DNA of 64,000 bases from Selaginella moellendorffii (lineage: Eukaryota > Plantae > Lycopodiophyta). Location of the stretch: assembly GCF_000143415.4 (NCBI RefSeq), contig NW_003314267.1:1371309-1435308 (forward strand), read 5' to 3'. This document shows, one piece after another, positions 45,761 through 58,600 of this stretch. Below the pieces are notes generated by a model. That model searched no databases, was not told the DNA's origin, and worked only from the letters and a program-made list of their open reading frames with translations. The translations under genes were made by a program, and so were the position numbers. Positions within the stretch are counted from its first letter, which is position 1. The number at the start of each line of letters is the position of its first letter.

Positions 45761-48700
45761 CGATGATGAACTGGAAATTATCCCAGAAACCGAATGGAAG
45801 AAAAGCAAGAAAATACTTAAAGCAATTCAAGCTGAATTGCAAGCACAAGATCCAGAAACAATCAAAGAACACGACAAACAATCAAACAATCAAGAAACAA
45901 GAAGTTTTACCCAAGAGGAGCTGGCACCTGTTCAGCAGAAAGAAAAGTTTCATGTGGAAGAGCAAGCTGAAGCAAGGTTGAAGCAAAACCTGGTGGAAGA
46001 TGAACAGCCTGATCAGATTGAGCAACTAGCAGAAGAAGACAAAGACCTGCAGTGGATAAAGGAGTTTCAGACGCAGGAACTTGAGGTGGTGCTTCCGAAG
46101 TTTTGTGAGCAGACGGAGCAGAAGAAAAATTCAATGCCAGAGTTTGACGTGGAACAGGCAGCAGCTGGTCAAGCTGGCTTGGAGCAGAAAGCTGTTGTGA
46201 AGAAGAAAGAAGAAGATGTTGGACAACAAAGAGGTGTAGAAGTTCAGAACCTTGTGGAGCAGCCATCAAGAGGAGCCGTATACCCAGGCCAAAGTTTGCA
46301 CTTGAAGGTGGCTGGTGTGAAGTTGGTGAAGAGACGAGGAAGTGTGTTTCTCAAGTTCTGGTGGGACAGAGGCAAGCTGGTTTCATCCTTTGTAGCTTTG
46401 TAGGAGTAGAGGAAGTAAGTAGTAAAGCAGCAAAACTGAAAGCCGTCCAAGAGAAGTCATGGCTGTTTCAAGTCGGATGTTTGAAGTTTCGAGAAGAGGC
46501 GTTTGTGCAACTGATCTCGGGAAGAAGCTGGTCAAATAAGATCACAAGACTTTGAGGAAGCAGCTCAGACTTATGAAGAAGAGGAAGAGGAGGAGGAGCC
46601 ACATGAGGGAGCATCTACCCACGATGCAGCAATGGAGCAGTGACTGCGGGACGCAGCACAAGGCAGTCGTGGGAGAGTGGAGAAGGGAGAAAAAGACAAG
46701 CTCGAGGATTCAAGCTTAGGAAAGTAAACTTGAGAGGTTCAAGGTTAGGACTGTATTCCTAACCTTGACGTGAGCAGTAGAGACTATAAAAGTAGGACTT
46801 AGAATGTTTTTAGACTTATCCCTAATACAAAATACATTGCAATACATCGTCATTCTGCCTATCTCTTTGGCTATTCACAGCAATGTCTTACTTACCCACC
46901 GCCTTCAAGGGATCAAAGGCATGGGACTAGCACCTTCAAGCTCTTGTTCACAGTTTCTACTTGGCTTGGCACAAGCAGGTAAGTGCACTCTTCTCATAGT
47001 GTAGTTTTAGATTTAGGGACTAGATTAGATTTGAATCTCCTAGGAAGATCTCGTGTGGACGTTTTCCTCCCAGTCCAGAGAGTCCAGGAGTTTTCAGTCC
47101 CACTTGTGAGGCACTAGCTCACTGGAATACACTTCCTGCATTCCTGTCCTACTCAGAAGGACTATTTTCACAAGTGTTACTCTGACACTTGTTTTTGTTC
47201 TTTGGGGCAACCTCTGCCCCTTAGGACTACTTGTCCATGTGATGAGAATACCAACTCATCTCTAAGTACACCCCCCAACTCCTTGGGTTGTTCCAGCATT
47301 TATAAAAGGTAGCCCCGGCCACCATTTCAAGGACTTGAGTCCTCTTCTGTATTTGACCTCCCACAGTCATTACCTCTGGTCTCACATTCATGAGCACCAA
47401 CCTCAACTATATGAGGATAATCTTGTGACTCCTTTATTGTTTTGGAGTCTCTATCTTTTTCGTGATCCCAACTATAGTTGTTTACCACAACTACCTTAGC
47501 CAATTTGCTGAGACAAATGCTCATCCGGATCACATCCTCAACTCAATGAGGAAAACCTTGCACTGTTCCCAAGATCCCAAAGTCGTTCCATTATTGGCCC
47601 TTTTCTATCCACCACCTCGTTTACAAGTTCACACATGAACTGTAATGGAGAGCTATGTCTTCCCGACTTGCTACTCCTCAAGGATAGGCCCACTCCTCGG
47701 ACCTTCTAATGCCAACACCAGTGGTGATATACTTGAGCATCAATAAAAGTCGGATTAAGGAACAGCTCTGATACCAAGTTGTAAACGACTAATTTTTCCA
47801 TTCTACTTTAGTCACTTAGCCACACCTCCGACCACTTGGAGGAGTCTCATTCACAACCTCCATAAGTCCAACTTAGGACTTGGGGCTTGCTAGCCCCGAG
47901 AATGGCATCCATGCCACTCAACCTTAGCACTTGGTCCAAGTGCTCCACGTGTCCAATCCCATGATCGACACCCCAAGGTACCACCGACGTATCGGCCCGT
48001 TATGCTAAGGCCATGCCCATTTACCTTGGTCACACTGGTGGTCCAACACCACCTGCATTCCAATCCCGTCTCTCAAAGACTGGGTCATCCGTCCATGAGT
48101 GATCATCCCAGATCCACTCCTTAACATCCTTAGGATGCCTATAGACATGGGGAATAGCCTTCCCCAATATCTCTGTTCCGGTCCCCACCAAGTCCCTTTC
48201 TGTCCTTGGTTGTGTTTGCCAACACTGCCACTGGATCAAGGCCCACCGGCCCGACCACTAAGTCCCACTATCCTCTAGGACTTCCTCACCATGTGACCGT
48301 ATCCTTGGTCACTACATTAGAGGCCTACTCCTCTTCCCTTTCACCGTTTGGGACTTTGGGACAACATTTCAGAACACCGTGGCCTTACACAAGCCTCATG
48401 GGTACTCTCCCCGCCTTTCGCCTTTAGGTGCTCTAGCCATGGGCTTAGAGCGAGGTTCCGTTGAGCCACGACACGTATCCAAGTAGGTAGTGCCACCCAC
48501 ACTTGGACTGGGAGCATCGGCCAGTCGATCTCCCGGGGGAACTAGAGTCGGCTCTTGAACACTTCACCAAGCTACCCCGCTTGTCGGTCCGTGTTCACTC
48601 TAGTCTTGGACTTCCCAGTGGGCAGCTCATCACCCAACACTGGGTCCGGCCTTCCTGGGCCAAACTGGCCTTTCCTGGCCAAACTGGCTCCACTGTAGTC

Positions 48701-50315
48701 CTCCCCCTATTATACTTTTGGAGCTCACCAAACCCCCCAGGGTCTGGGAGACGAATACTTTGGGCTTTCACCCTCTCAAACTCGGACTCGGACTCGGACT
48801 CGGGCTCGGGCTCAGTCTCGGCCTCGGCCTCGGTCTCGGTCTTGGTCTCGGTCCCGATCTCGGTCTCGGTCTCAGTCCTGGTCTCGGTCTTGGTCTCGGT
48901 CTCGACTTCGGACTCCATCTCGGGTCCATCTCGGACTCCATCTCAGACTCCATCTCGGGTCCACCTCGGACTCCATCTCGGACTCCATCTCGTGTCCATC
49001 TCAGGTCCATCTCGGACTCCATCTCGGGTCCATCTCGGACTCCATCTCGGACTCCATCTCGAGTCCATCTCGGGTCCACCTCGGACTCCACCTCGGACTC
49101 CATCTCAGGTCCAACTCGGACTCCATTTCGGACTCCATCTCGGGTCCATCTCGGACTCCACCTCGGGTCCACCTCGGACTCCATCTCGGACTCCATCTCA
49201 GACTCCATTTCGGACTCCATCTTGGACTCCATTTCGGACTCCATCTCGGGTCCATCTCGGGTCCATCTCGGACTCCATCTCGGGTCCACCTCGGACTCCA
49301 CCTCGGACTCCATTTCGGACTCCATCTCGGACTCCATCTCGGGTCCATCTCGGACTCCATCTCGGACACTTCCACGTGTCATGTGTTGGTCCTTTTTGGG
49401 TCCCTTTTTGGAGCCTCACCTATGGCTCGCTTCGTGCTCATTCCTCGAGCCCTTTGTTGGGAGTTCCACTCCCACTCTTGACTTTTCAAGTCGGAGCTTT
49501 TGGTCCAAACGTGTTACGCTCGTTTGGCTCTCGCTTCAGCCACTACCCCGTGGCACCCTTCCGGCTCCACTTTGGGGCCTAGGGATTTTGTGTCTCACAC
49601 ATTGGCCATTTACTGAGTCAAACGCTCATCTGGATCACATCCTCAACTCTTTGAGGAAAACCATATACTGTTCCCAAGATCCCAAAGTCGTTCCCTTATC
49701 GGCCCCTTTTCTATCCACCACATCGCGCCCAAGTCACGCATGAACTTGAGTGGAGAGCCATGTCCTCTCGGCATGCTACTCCTCAAGGATAAGCCCACTC
49801 CTAGGACCTTCCAATGCCAATATCAATGGTGATATACTTGAGCACCAATAAAAGTCGGACTAAGGAACAGCTCCGATACCAAATTGTAAGCGACTTAATT
49901 TTCCATTTTACTTTAGTCACTTAACCACACCTCTGACCACTTGGAGGAGTCTCACTCACAACCTCCGTAAGTCCTATTTTGGACTTGGGCTTACTAGCCC
50001 CGAGAGTGGCATTCATACCACTCAACTTCATGCACTTGGTCCAAGTGCTCCACGTGTCCGATCCCATGACCGACACCCCAAGGTACCACCAACATATCAG
50101 CCTGTTACGCTAAGGCCATGCCCATTCACCTTGGTCACAACGATGGTCTGACACCACCTACATCCCAGTCCCGTCACTCAAAGACTGGGCCATCCATCCA
50201 TGAGTGATCATCCCAGATCCACTCCTTAGCATCCTTAGGATGCCCACCGACATGGGATTAGCCTTCCCCAATATCTCCGTTCCAGTCCCCACTAAGTCCC
50301 TTTTCGTCCATGGCC

Positions 50316-52939
50316 TGTGAGACACAAAATCCCTAGGCCCCAAAGTGGAGCCGGAAGGGCGCCACGTGGTAGTGGCCGAATCGAGAACCAAACGAGCGTA
50401 ACACGTTTGGACCAAAAGCTCCGACTTGAAAAGTCAAGAGCGGGAGTGGAACTCCCAACGAAGTGCTCGAGGAATGAGCACGAAGTGAGCCATAGGCGAG
50501 GCTCCAAAAAGGGACCCAAAAAGGACCAACACATGACACGTGGAAGTGTCCGAGGTGGAGTCCGAGGTGGAGTCCGAGATGGACCCGAGATGGACTCGAG
50601 ATGGAGTCCGAGATGGAGTTCGAGATGGAGTCCGCGATGGAGTCCGGGATGGAGTCCGGGATGGAGTCCGAGATGGAGTCCGAGATGGAGCCTGAGATGG
50701 ACCCGAAATGGAGTCCGAGATGGAGTCTGAGATGGAGTCCGAGATGGAGTCCGCGATGGAGTCCGAGATGGAGTCCGAGATGGAGTCCGAGATGGAGTCC
50801 GAGATGGAGTCCGAGGTGGAGTCCGAGGTGGACCCGAGATGGACCCGAAATGGAGTCCGAGATGGAGTCCGAGATGGACCCGAGATGGAGTCCGAGATGG
50901 ACCCGAGATGGAGTCCAAGATGGACACGAGATGGAGTCCGAGATGGAGTCCGAGATGGACCCGAGATGGAGTCCGAAGTCGAGACCGAGACCGGGACCGA
51001 GACCGAGACCGGGACCGAGACCGAGACCGAGATCGGGACCAAGACTGAGACCGAGGCCGAGGCCGAGACCGAGGCCGAGTCCGAGTTTGAGTCCGAGTCC
51101 GAGTCCGAGTCCGAGTCCGAGTCCGAGTCCGAGTCCGAGTCCGAGTCCGAGTTTGAGAGCGTGAAAGCCCAAAGCGTTCGTCTCCCAGACCCTGGGGGGT
51201 TTGGTGAGCTCCAAAAGTATAGTAGGGGGAGGACTGCAGTGGAGCCAGTTTGGCCAGGAAAGGCCAGTTTGGCCCAGGAAGGCCGGACCCAGTGTTGGGT
51301 GATGAGCTGCCCACTGGGAAGTCCAAGACTAGAGTGAATACGAATTGACAAGCGGGGTAGCTTGGTGAAATGTTCAAGAGCCGGCTCTAGTTCCCCCGGG
51401 AGATCGACTAGCCGATGCTCCCAGTCCAAGTGTGGGTGGCACTACCTACTTGGATACCTGGTGTGGCTCAACGGAACCTCGCTCTAAGCCCATGGCTAGA
51501 GTACCTAAAGACGAAAGGCGGGGAGAGTACCCATGAGGCTTGCGTAAGGCCACGGTTTTCCGAAATGGTGTCCCAAAGTCCCAGACTGTGGAAAGGAAGA
51601 GGGGTAGCCCTCTGGTGTGGTGACCAAGGACATAGTCACACAGTGAGGAAGTCCTAGAGGATAGTGGGACTTAGTGGTCGGGCCGGTGGGCCTTGATCCA
51701 GTGGCAGTGTTGGCGAACACAGCCAAGGACAGAAAGGGACTTGGTGGGGACCGGAACAGAGATACTAGGGAAGGCTATTCCCTATGTCTGTAGGTATCCT
51801 AAGGATGTTAAGGAGTGGATCTGGGATGATCACTCATGGATGGATGACCCAGTCTTTGAGAGACAGGATTGGAATGTAGGTGGTGTTGGACCACCAGTGT
51901 GACCAAGGTAAATGGGCATGGCCTTAGCGTAACGGGCCGATATGTCGGTGGTACCTTGGGGTGTCGATCATGGGATCGGACACGTGGAGCACTTGGACCA
52001 AGTGCTAAGGTTGAGTGGCATGGATGCCATTCGCGGGGCTAGCAAGCCCCAAGTCCTGAGTTGGGCTTATGGAGGTTGTGAATGAGACTCCTCCAAGTGG
52101 TCGGAGGTGTGGATAAGTGACTAAAGTAAAATGGAAAAATTAGTCGCTTACAATTTGGTATCGGAGCTGTTCCTTAGTCCGACTTTTATTGGTGCTCAAG
52201 TATATCACCACTGGTGTTGGCAACGGAAGGTCTGAGGAGTGGGCCTATCCTTGAGGAGTAGCAGGTCGGGAAGACATGGCTCTCCATTACAGTTCATGTG
52301 TGAACTTGTAGACAAGGTGGTGAATAGAAAAGGGCCAATAATGGAACGACTTTGGGATCTTGGGAACAGTGCAAAGTTTTCCTCATTGAGTTGAGGATGT
52401 GATCCGGATGAGCATTTGTCTCAGCAAATTGGCTAAGGTAGTTGTAGTAAACAACTATAGTTAGGATCACGGGAAAGATAGAGACTCCAAAACAATAAAG
52501 GAGTCACAAGATTATCCTCATATGGTTGAGGTTGGGGCTCATGAATGTGAGACCAGAGGTAATGACCGTGGGAGGTCAAATACGGAGGAGGACTCAAGTC
52601 CTTGAAATGGTAGCCGGGGCTAAATTTAATAAATGCTGGAACAACCCAAGGAGTTGGGGGGTGTACTTAGAGATGAGTTGGTATTCTCATCACATGGACA
52701 AGTAGTCCTAAGGGGCAAAGGTTGCCCATAGAGAACAAAATCAAGCCTTTTGAGTAGGACAGGAATGCAAGAAGTGTATTCCAGTGAGCTAGTGCCTCAC
52801 AAGTAGGACCTTACGGGTCTATGGATTAACCAAGTCCAAAACTGCTGGATGACTCAAGTAGAGTCAAGGGATGGTCCTAAAAGGACTGATGGAAGCATTT
52901 GGGCTGAGGTGTGTTGTACCCCACAAAGGATGGGGGCGG
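50316..52939 (+). mobile_element. Inverted, truncated family C element (5' LTR 50316-52152, PBS 52156-52167, start of internal region)
   Basis: Reverse complement of the family C LTR, followed by TGGTATCGGAGC; internal part is the reverse complement of 47097-47779 and adjoining sequence. Confidence 0.88.
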
Positions 52940-54732
52940 TGTAAGCGACTAAATTTTCCATTTTACTTTAGTCACTTAACCGCACCTCTGACCACTTGGA
53001 GGAGTCTCACTCACAACCTCCGTAAGTCCTATTTTGGACTTGGGCTTACTAGCCCCGAGAATGGCATCCCCGCCACTCAACTTCATGCACTTGGTCCAAG
53101 TGCTCCACGTGTCCGATCCCATGACCGACACCCCAAGGTACCACCAACATATCAGCCTGTTACGCTAAGGCCATGCCCATTCACCTTGGTCACAACGATG
53201 GTCTGACACCACCTGCATCCCAGTCCCGTCACTCAAAGACTGGGCCATCCATTCATGAGTGATCATCCCAGATCCACTCCTTAGCATCCTTAGGATGCCC
53301 ACCAACATGGGGATTAGCCTTCCCCAATATCTCCGTTCTAGTCCCCACTAAGTCCCTTTTCGTCCATGGCCGTGTTCGCCAACACTACCACTGGATCGAG
53401 GCCCACAGGCCCAACCACTAAGTCCCACGGTCCTTTGGGACTTCCTCACCACCCGACTGTGTCCTTGGTCACTACCCCAGAGGACTGCTCCTCTTCCTTT
53501 CCACAGTCTGGGCCTTTGGGACAACATTTCGGAACACCGTGGCCTTACGCGAGCCACCTGGGTACTCTCCCCGCCTTCCGCCCTTGGGTGCTCTAGCCAT
53601 GGGCTTAGAGCGAGGTTCCATTGGGCCACGCCTGGTATCCAAGTAGGTAGTGCCACCCACACTTGTACTGGGAGCATCGGCCAGTCGATCTCCCGGGGGA
53701 ACTAGAGCCGGCTCTTGAACACTTCACCAAGCTACCCCGCTTGTCGGTCCATATTCACTCTAGTCTTGGACTTCCCAGTGGTCAGCTCATCACCCAACAC
53801 TGGGTCTGGCCTTCCTGGGCCAAACTGGCCTTTCCTGGCCCAACTGGCTCCACTGGGCTCCAACCCCCACACTCTCCCTACTATACTTTTGGAACCCCCC
53901 GCAGCCCCCCCCCCCCCTTGGGGGACGATCGCTTTGGGCTTTCACCCAACTGCCTGTATTAATATTCGGACTCGGACTCGGGCTCGAACTCGGACTCGGA
54001 CTCGGTCTCGGTCCCGGTTTCGTACTCGGACTCGGTCTCGGTCTCGGTCTCGGCCTCGGCCTCGGTCTCGGTCTCGGTTCCATCTCGGACTCCATCTCGG
54101 ACTCCGTCTCGGGTCCATCTCGGACTCTGTCTCGGGTCCATCTCGGACTCCATCTCGGGTCCATCTCGGACTCCGTCTCGGGTCCATCTCGGACTCCATC
54201 TCGGACTCCATCTCGGGTCCATCTCGGGCTCCACCTCGGACTCCATCTCGGGTCCATCTTGGACTCCATCTCGGGTCCACCTCGGACTCCACCTTGGGTC
54301 CACCTCGGGTCCACCTCGGACTCCATCTCGGACTCCATCTCGGGTCCGTCTCGGACTCCATATCAGACTCCATATCGGACTCCATCTCGGACTCCATATC
54401 GGACTCCATCTCGGACTCCATCTCGGACTCCATATCGGACCCCATTTTGGACTCCATCTCGGACTCCATATCGGACTCCATTTCGGGTCCATCTCGGACA
54501 CTTCCACGTGTCATGTGTTGGTCCTTTCGGGTCCCTTTTTAGAGCCACGCTTATGGCTTGCTTTGTGCTCATTCTTCGAGCACTTTGTTGGGAGTTCCAC
54601 TCCCGCTCTCGACCTTTCCAGTCGGAGCTTTTAGTCCAAACGTGTTATGCTCGTTTGGCTTTCACTTCGGCCACTACCACGTGGCACCCTTTCCAGCTCC
54701 ACTTTGGGGGCCTAGGGATTTTGTGTCTCACA
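52940..54732 (-). repeat. Family C LTR without matching TSD (likely recombinant)
   Basis: TGTAAGCGAC...GTCTCACA; flanks GGCGG vs TAATA; nearly identical to the LTR that starts at 49885. Confidence 0.85.
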
Positions 54733-54871
54733 TAATATTAGCATAGTGGGATTTTGGTAGCCGTCGGATTGGTTTCAATCTAGACCACTCGCTCCTGTAT
54801 ATAAGCTAGGGTTTTTGGGCTAATGGATATGCACATTTCTGTATTCCCTTTCCATATTCCATGCACTCACA
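54733..54871 (+). repeat. 3' part of a family A LTR (candidate 3' LTR of the 9455 element)
   Basis: Matches 9491-9629 at ~95%; followed by AAAC, the same 4-mer that precedes 9455. Confidence 0.8.
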
Positions 54872-55687
54872 AAACATATTTAAAAATTATAATATTTCAA
54901 TTGATCAATTGGATTAATAAATAAAACTATACATAATAACACTGCAAACCCAATATAATTTTTATGTTTGGTCACTATACCATCAATAGTCAATGTAAAA
55001 TCAAATACCCCCAATCAAATTTTATCTCATATGCAAGCACTTTGAGACTTTCATACAACATCCTTCTTGAACATCTTTTTAAATTTTAATCTCCTTTGGT
55101 GACCCACATTAAACAAAAACTTTGATTAGATGAGCATTCTTAATTGAAATAAAATGACATTTTGCAATCTTAGCCCTATATGGCATGTCAAAGTTAAAGA
55201 GATTAGCATACTTTTTGAGCTAGTTAATTGTTACAACATTATGATTGTTCAAGGGATCTGAAGATGGGAATAAAATATCAAAAACAAAACACAATAAAAA
55301 GTATGAAGGAGATTAAAATGATGGAAGTAAAGGGAGTGAAATAAAACAAATGGCATGGGTTTTTTGCTCACTAGAAAAGATAGTATTAAGTCTTGTCTAA
55401 AGGGCTCCTTGCTCAATACAATAAAATCTATCAAGTGTTATGGTAAGGTGAACCACAAATTTATGAGTTTTGGTATAATATTCAACATGCCAGTTTTCTA
55501 GAAATTGTGTATGTGCAACATTTAAAGTGCTTTATACAAAGGGATTAATAAAAAGTTCCAATTATAAATCCACTGATGCCTCCTGCTGATATTCCTCACA
55601 ACCTAACACATCAACTAGGAAATTTTAATTGATTTTCATCTTTCAGAGAAACAGGAATGATATGAAGTTTAGATGTAAAACTAAAAT

Positions 55688-58600
55688 AGTAGCACATGTA
55701 GTTTTTACACTTTATCCTATAGTAATTTATCATAAAATAACCACAAAGTGGAACTTAAACCCTCTATATGCCACATGTTATATGCCACGTGACACATGCC
55801 ATGTGTTTAATGGATAGTGGTGTAGAACCCAAACTTCAAGGCCTTGGGCCATTGAACAAAGGAATGAAGCTAAATTCCTAAGCATGGGGCCAAGGAGCAA
55901 TAAAACTAGACCATGAAGCAACTCTTAAACATATAACCCAAGGAGCAAAAAGATAGAAGTATGGAGTGATTTGGAATAGTCCTAGAGCATTCAACATCCC
56001 AATACCAGAACCAATACGCAAAATGAAGCCAAATGAAATCTGGTGCTATTTCAACATATTGGTGGCTTAACGTAAGGATATAGATACTCTACCAATTAGC
56101 ATGGTATGGAACTTAGGCTTAGACCCAAGTTGGACGTAGAACAAAGGCAAGCATGCAAGCAGAAGTTACACTATGCTTTAGATTGGTCAATCATACCCAA
56201 CCTACCCATTATCCCTACTATTCATTTGGAACCCCTATAGCCTCCCCCCCTTGAAGAACACACACTTTGGGCTTAAGCCTCCCTTAGTATCAAGAATTAG
56301 TCTCTAGGACAAGCTTGAAACTTACTGAGTATGGAATGACCTTAGATTGCGAATTTAGACACGGGACGAACACCATTATATTTAAAACAATTTCTACATT
56401 CTATAGATATGCCAAATGAACAAATCTAAACACTTTCCATAAATAGCATTTAGGACCGAAATGAGACTAACACAAAGGGCATGATAAGCTATCATATAGC
56501 GATTATTGAGAGACCAAGCTCAATATTGCGGGGGTTCCCAACACTAGCAAGTGTAAGTGAACATCATGAATTTCTCGTCACCATATATACTTGACTAAAT
56601 GACAATTTAGGATTTCCTTCCTTAGTGCCCTTCCAGTCTAAGTGCACATGTGATGACCAGTTTCTCAACTAGCTTAGGTGGAGACTGATAAACGATTTAG
56701 CAATACCGACTTCCTACCGTTGTGGCAGTAAAGAAAGAATATCTGCAAAGACTAGTCGATAACTTTTGATACCCGAAATCACATTTGCGACACTGCCCCC
56801 CCCCCCCCCTAAGGAAAATCGACATCCTCATCAATGCATACTCCAATCTAGACCACCAGCAAGAAAACAACTTTAGAAAAAGTTCACAATGATCACACTA
56901 TGTGAGAAATGCACCAACTTAAATGAGTTAGGGTAACCTCTTTGTCTAATGTGATACCAACTCAGACACCTTTTGGCCATTGCCGACAAAGAAATGACCA
57001 ACAGAGGTAGCCACCCTTGCTACTTTGGGTGTCACCCAGCTTACAAAAGTGTGACACACCCCTGCCCGTAGGGACACAAAGAGATAAGCTAGAGGCCCCA
57101 ACCCTCTTGAGCAAAGAAACCAAACCTATCAATAAGGTTTAGATAGACTACTGTAAACAAGCAATTAGAGTTGTTTACACAGTCACGCCCTTTGAACGGA
57201 ACAAGGAACATCGATAAAGAGGTGAGTTATGTGACCAATCAACAATAACTACCCCATGATTAAAAATTTCACTATGCACATGAAGTGCGGAAGCCAATCT
57301 ACCTATACTAGCCCAAACTCAAAGATCAATAGATGGACAATATCAAAGTCATAAACAATAATATCTTAGAAACTTAATTATTAGTGAATAAATCTTAGAT
57401 TAAAACACTAATGTCTTCCAAGTAAGTTATCATCCGATAAACCAGTATTATAGTATAGGAACCACCAAGATCACTATAATTGGAAAATATAACATTCATT
57501 ATCTAACAAAATTTAATAGCAAGTATATCATCAAGTAAACTCAATGAGAAAACTTAACTACCGAAGATTGTAAACAGTATGCCAAACAACTTACCAAAGA
57601 TAACTCAAAGAACACAAAGTATCATCGACTAAGAAGAAAAATGCTCACAAATGTATCCCAAAGGTAATAACATTCAATCTATCAAAACCAACTATAGCAA
57701 TAATCAACAGAACAGAGTGAATGCCACAAAACCAACAAACATTTATTTATACCAACTATCGCACTAGCCAAGCTTAATAGATATCGGTCAACAATACGAA
57801 GGAATTCAAGTTGCTTAAGCAAGTGTTAGCAACATCTTACCAATGTCTCAAACCTAAAAGACCAATCCAAAACAAACCATAAGGAACATGTAGTAATGCA
57901 AAAAGGTATAAACCATCAAAGAGAATAATTAACTATCATGAAAGATCATTAATCATCTCATCAATAGAAAGATGCATAATCATTGTCGAAAAAATAATCT
58001 ACCATCATGAAGAATGGCAAATCATTCAACATAATAATAATTTAGCAAAATCTTTAACAAGGATAATCAATTATCTTAGATAATAGTCAATCACTACCAA
58101 TGATTGCCAGATGCAAGTATTAACCTCAACATTAAAGTTATGAGCTATAATGCCTTCCTCAACAATTCTTAACAAATGGAATAATAAGCATGAAAACTCT
58201 AAAAACCAAAAGCTTGAAAAAGTCTATAACCAAGTCTTGCCTAATAGTGATTATAAGTCTCGCATGAACTAACTTTAATGCTAAAGAAGAAATTAAGGTA
58301 CAACCTACAATATCCTCCTCAACACATAAGTTACCTTCATAATACAAAGTTAATGAAGAGCATATTTGCATCAATCCAAAAGCCAAACACAATGGAGTTA
58401 TGCTCAACAAGTGATTATCAAATTGATCTTCCACGAATCCATCTATAGCAAAACATAACTCACTTTATAATAAACACAAAAAGAATCATCAATAATCAAT
58501 ATATTCCAACTCAAATCCAATAAGGATTCAAACATTCTAATATCGATCACTAACTCTACCTCTTGTAAAGTTAGTATAGTCCACGATTGAATCACTTTTC

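Larger units (their letters stand above)
41355..47096 (+). mobile_element. Young LTR retrotransposon (family D), gag plus extra ORFs, no pol visible
   Basis: 419-bp LTRs 41355-41773 and 46678-47096 (about 2 differences seen), TSD GTCCC, PBS TGGCGACCACGGTGGGA (tRNA-Arg type), PPT GTGGGAGAG. Confidence 0.92.
36034..49599 (-). mobile_element. Complete non-autonomous (LARD-like) LTR element, family C, inserted in an older copy of its own family
   Basis: LTRs 36034-38003 and 47780-49599, TSD CATTG, iMet PBS at 47765-47776, PPT at 38004-38018 identical to the chromovirus PPT; no recognisable gag/pol inside. Confidence 0.9.
35050..50315 (-). mobile_element. Older, truncated family C element (internal 35050-36033 and 49600-49884; 5' LTR start 49885-50315)
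   Basis: 35059-36030 matches 40778-41349 + 47097-47495; PBS complement GCTCCGATACCA at 49870-49881; cut on the left at the DNA-transposon end. Confidence 0.75.

Noticed and set aside
45024-46403. ORFs spanning X runs
   Set aside because: They read through the N gap; continuity is unsupported.
55660-55687. Possible degenerate 5' part of a family A LTR left of the family B element
   Set aside because: Similarity too weak in AT-rich DNA and no matching TSD.
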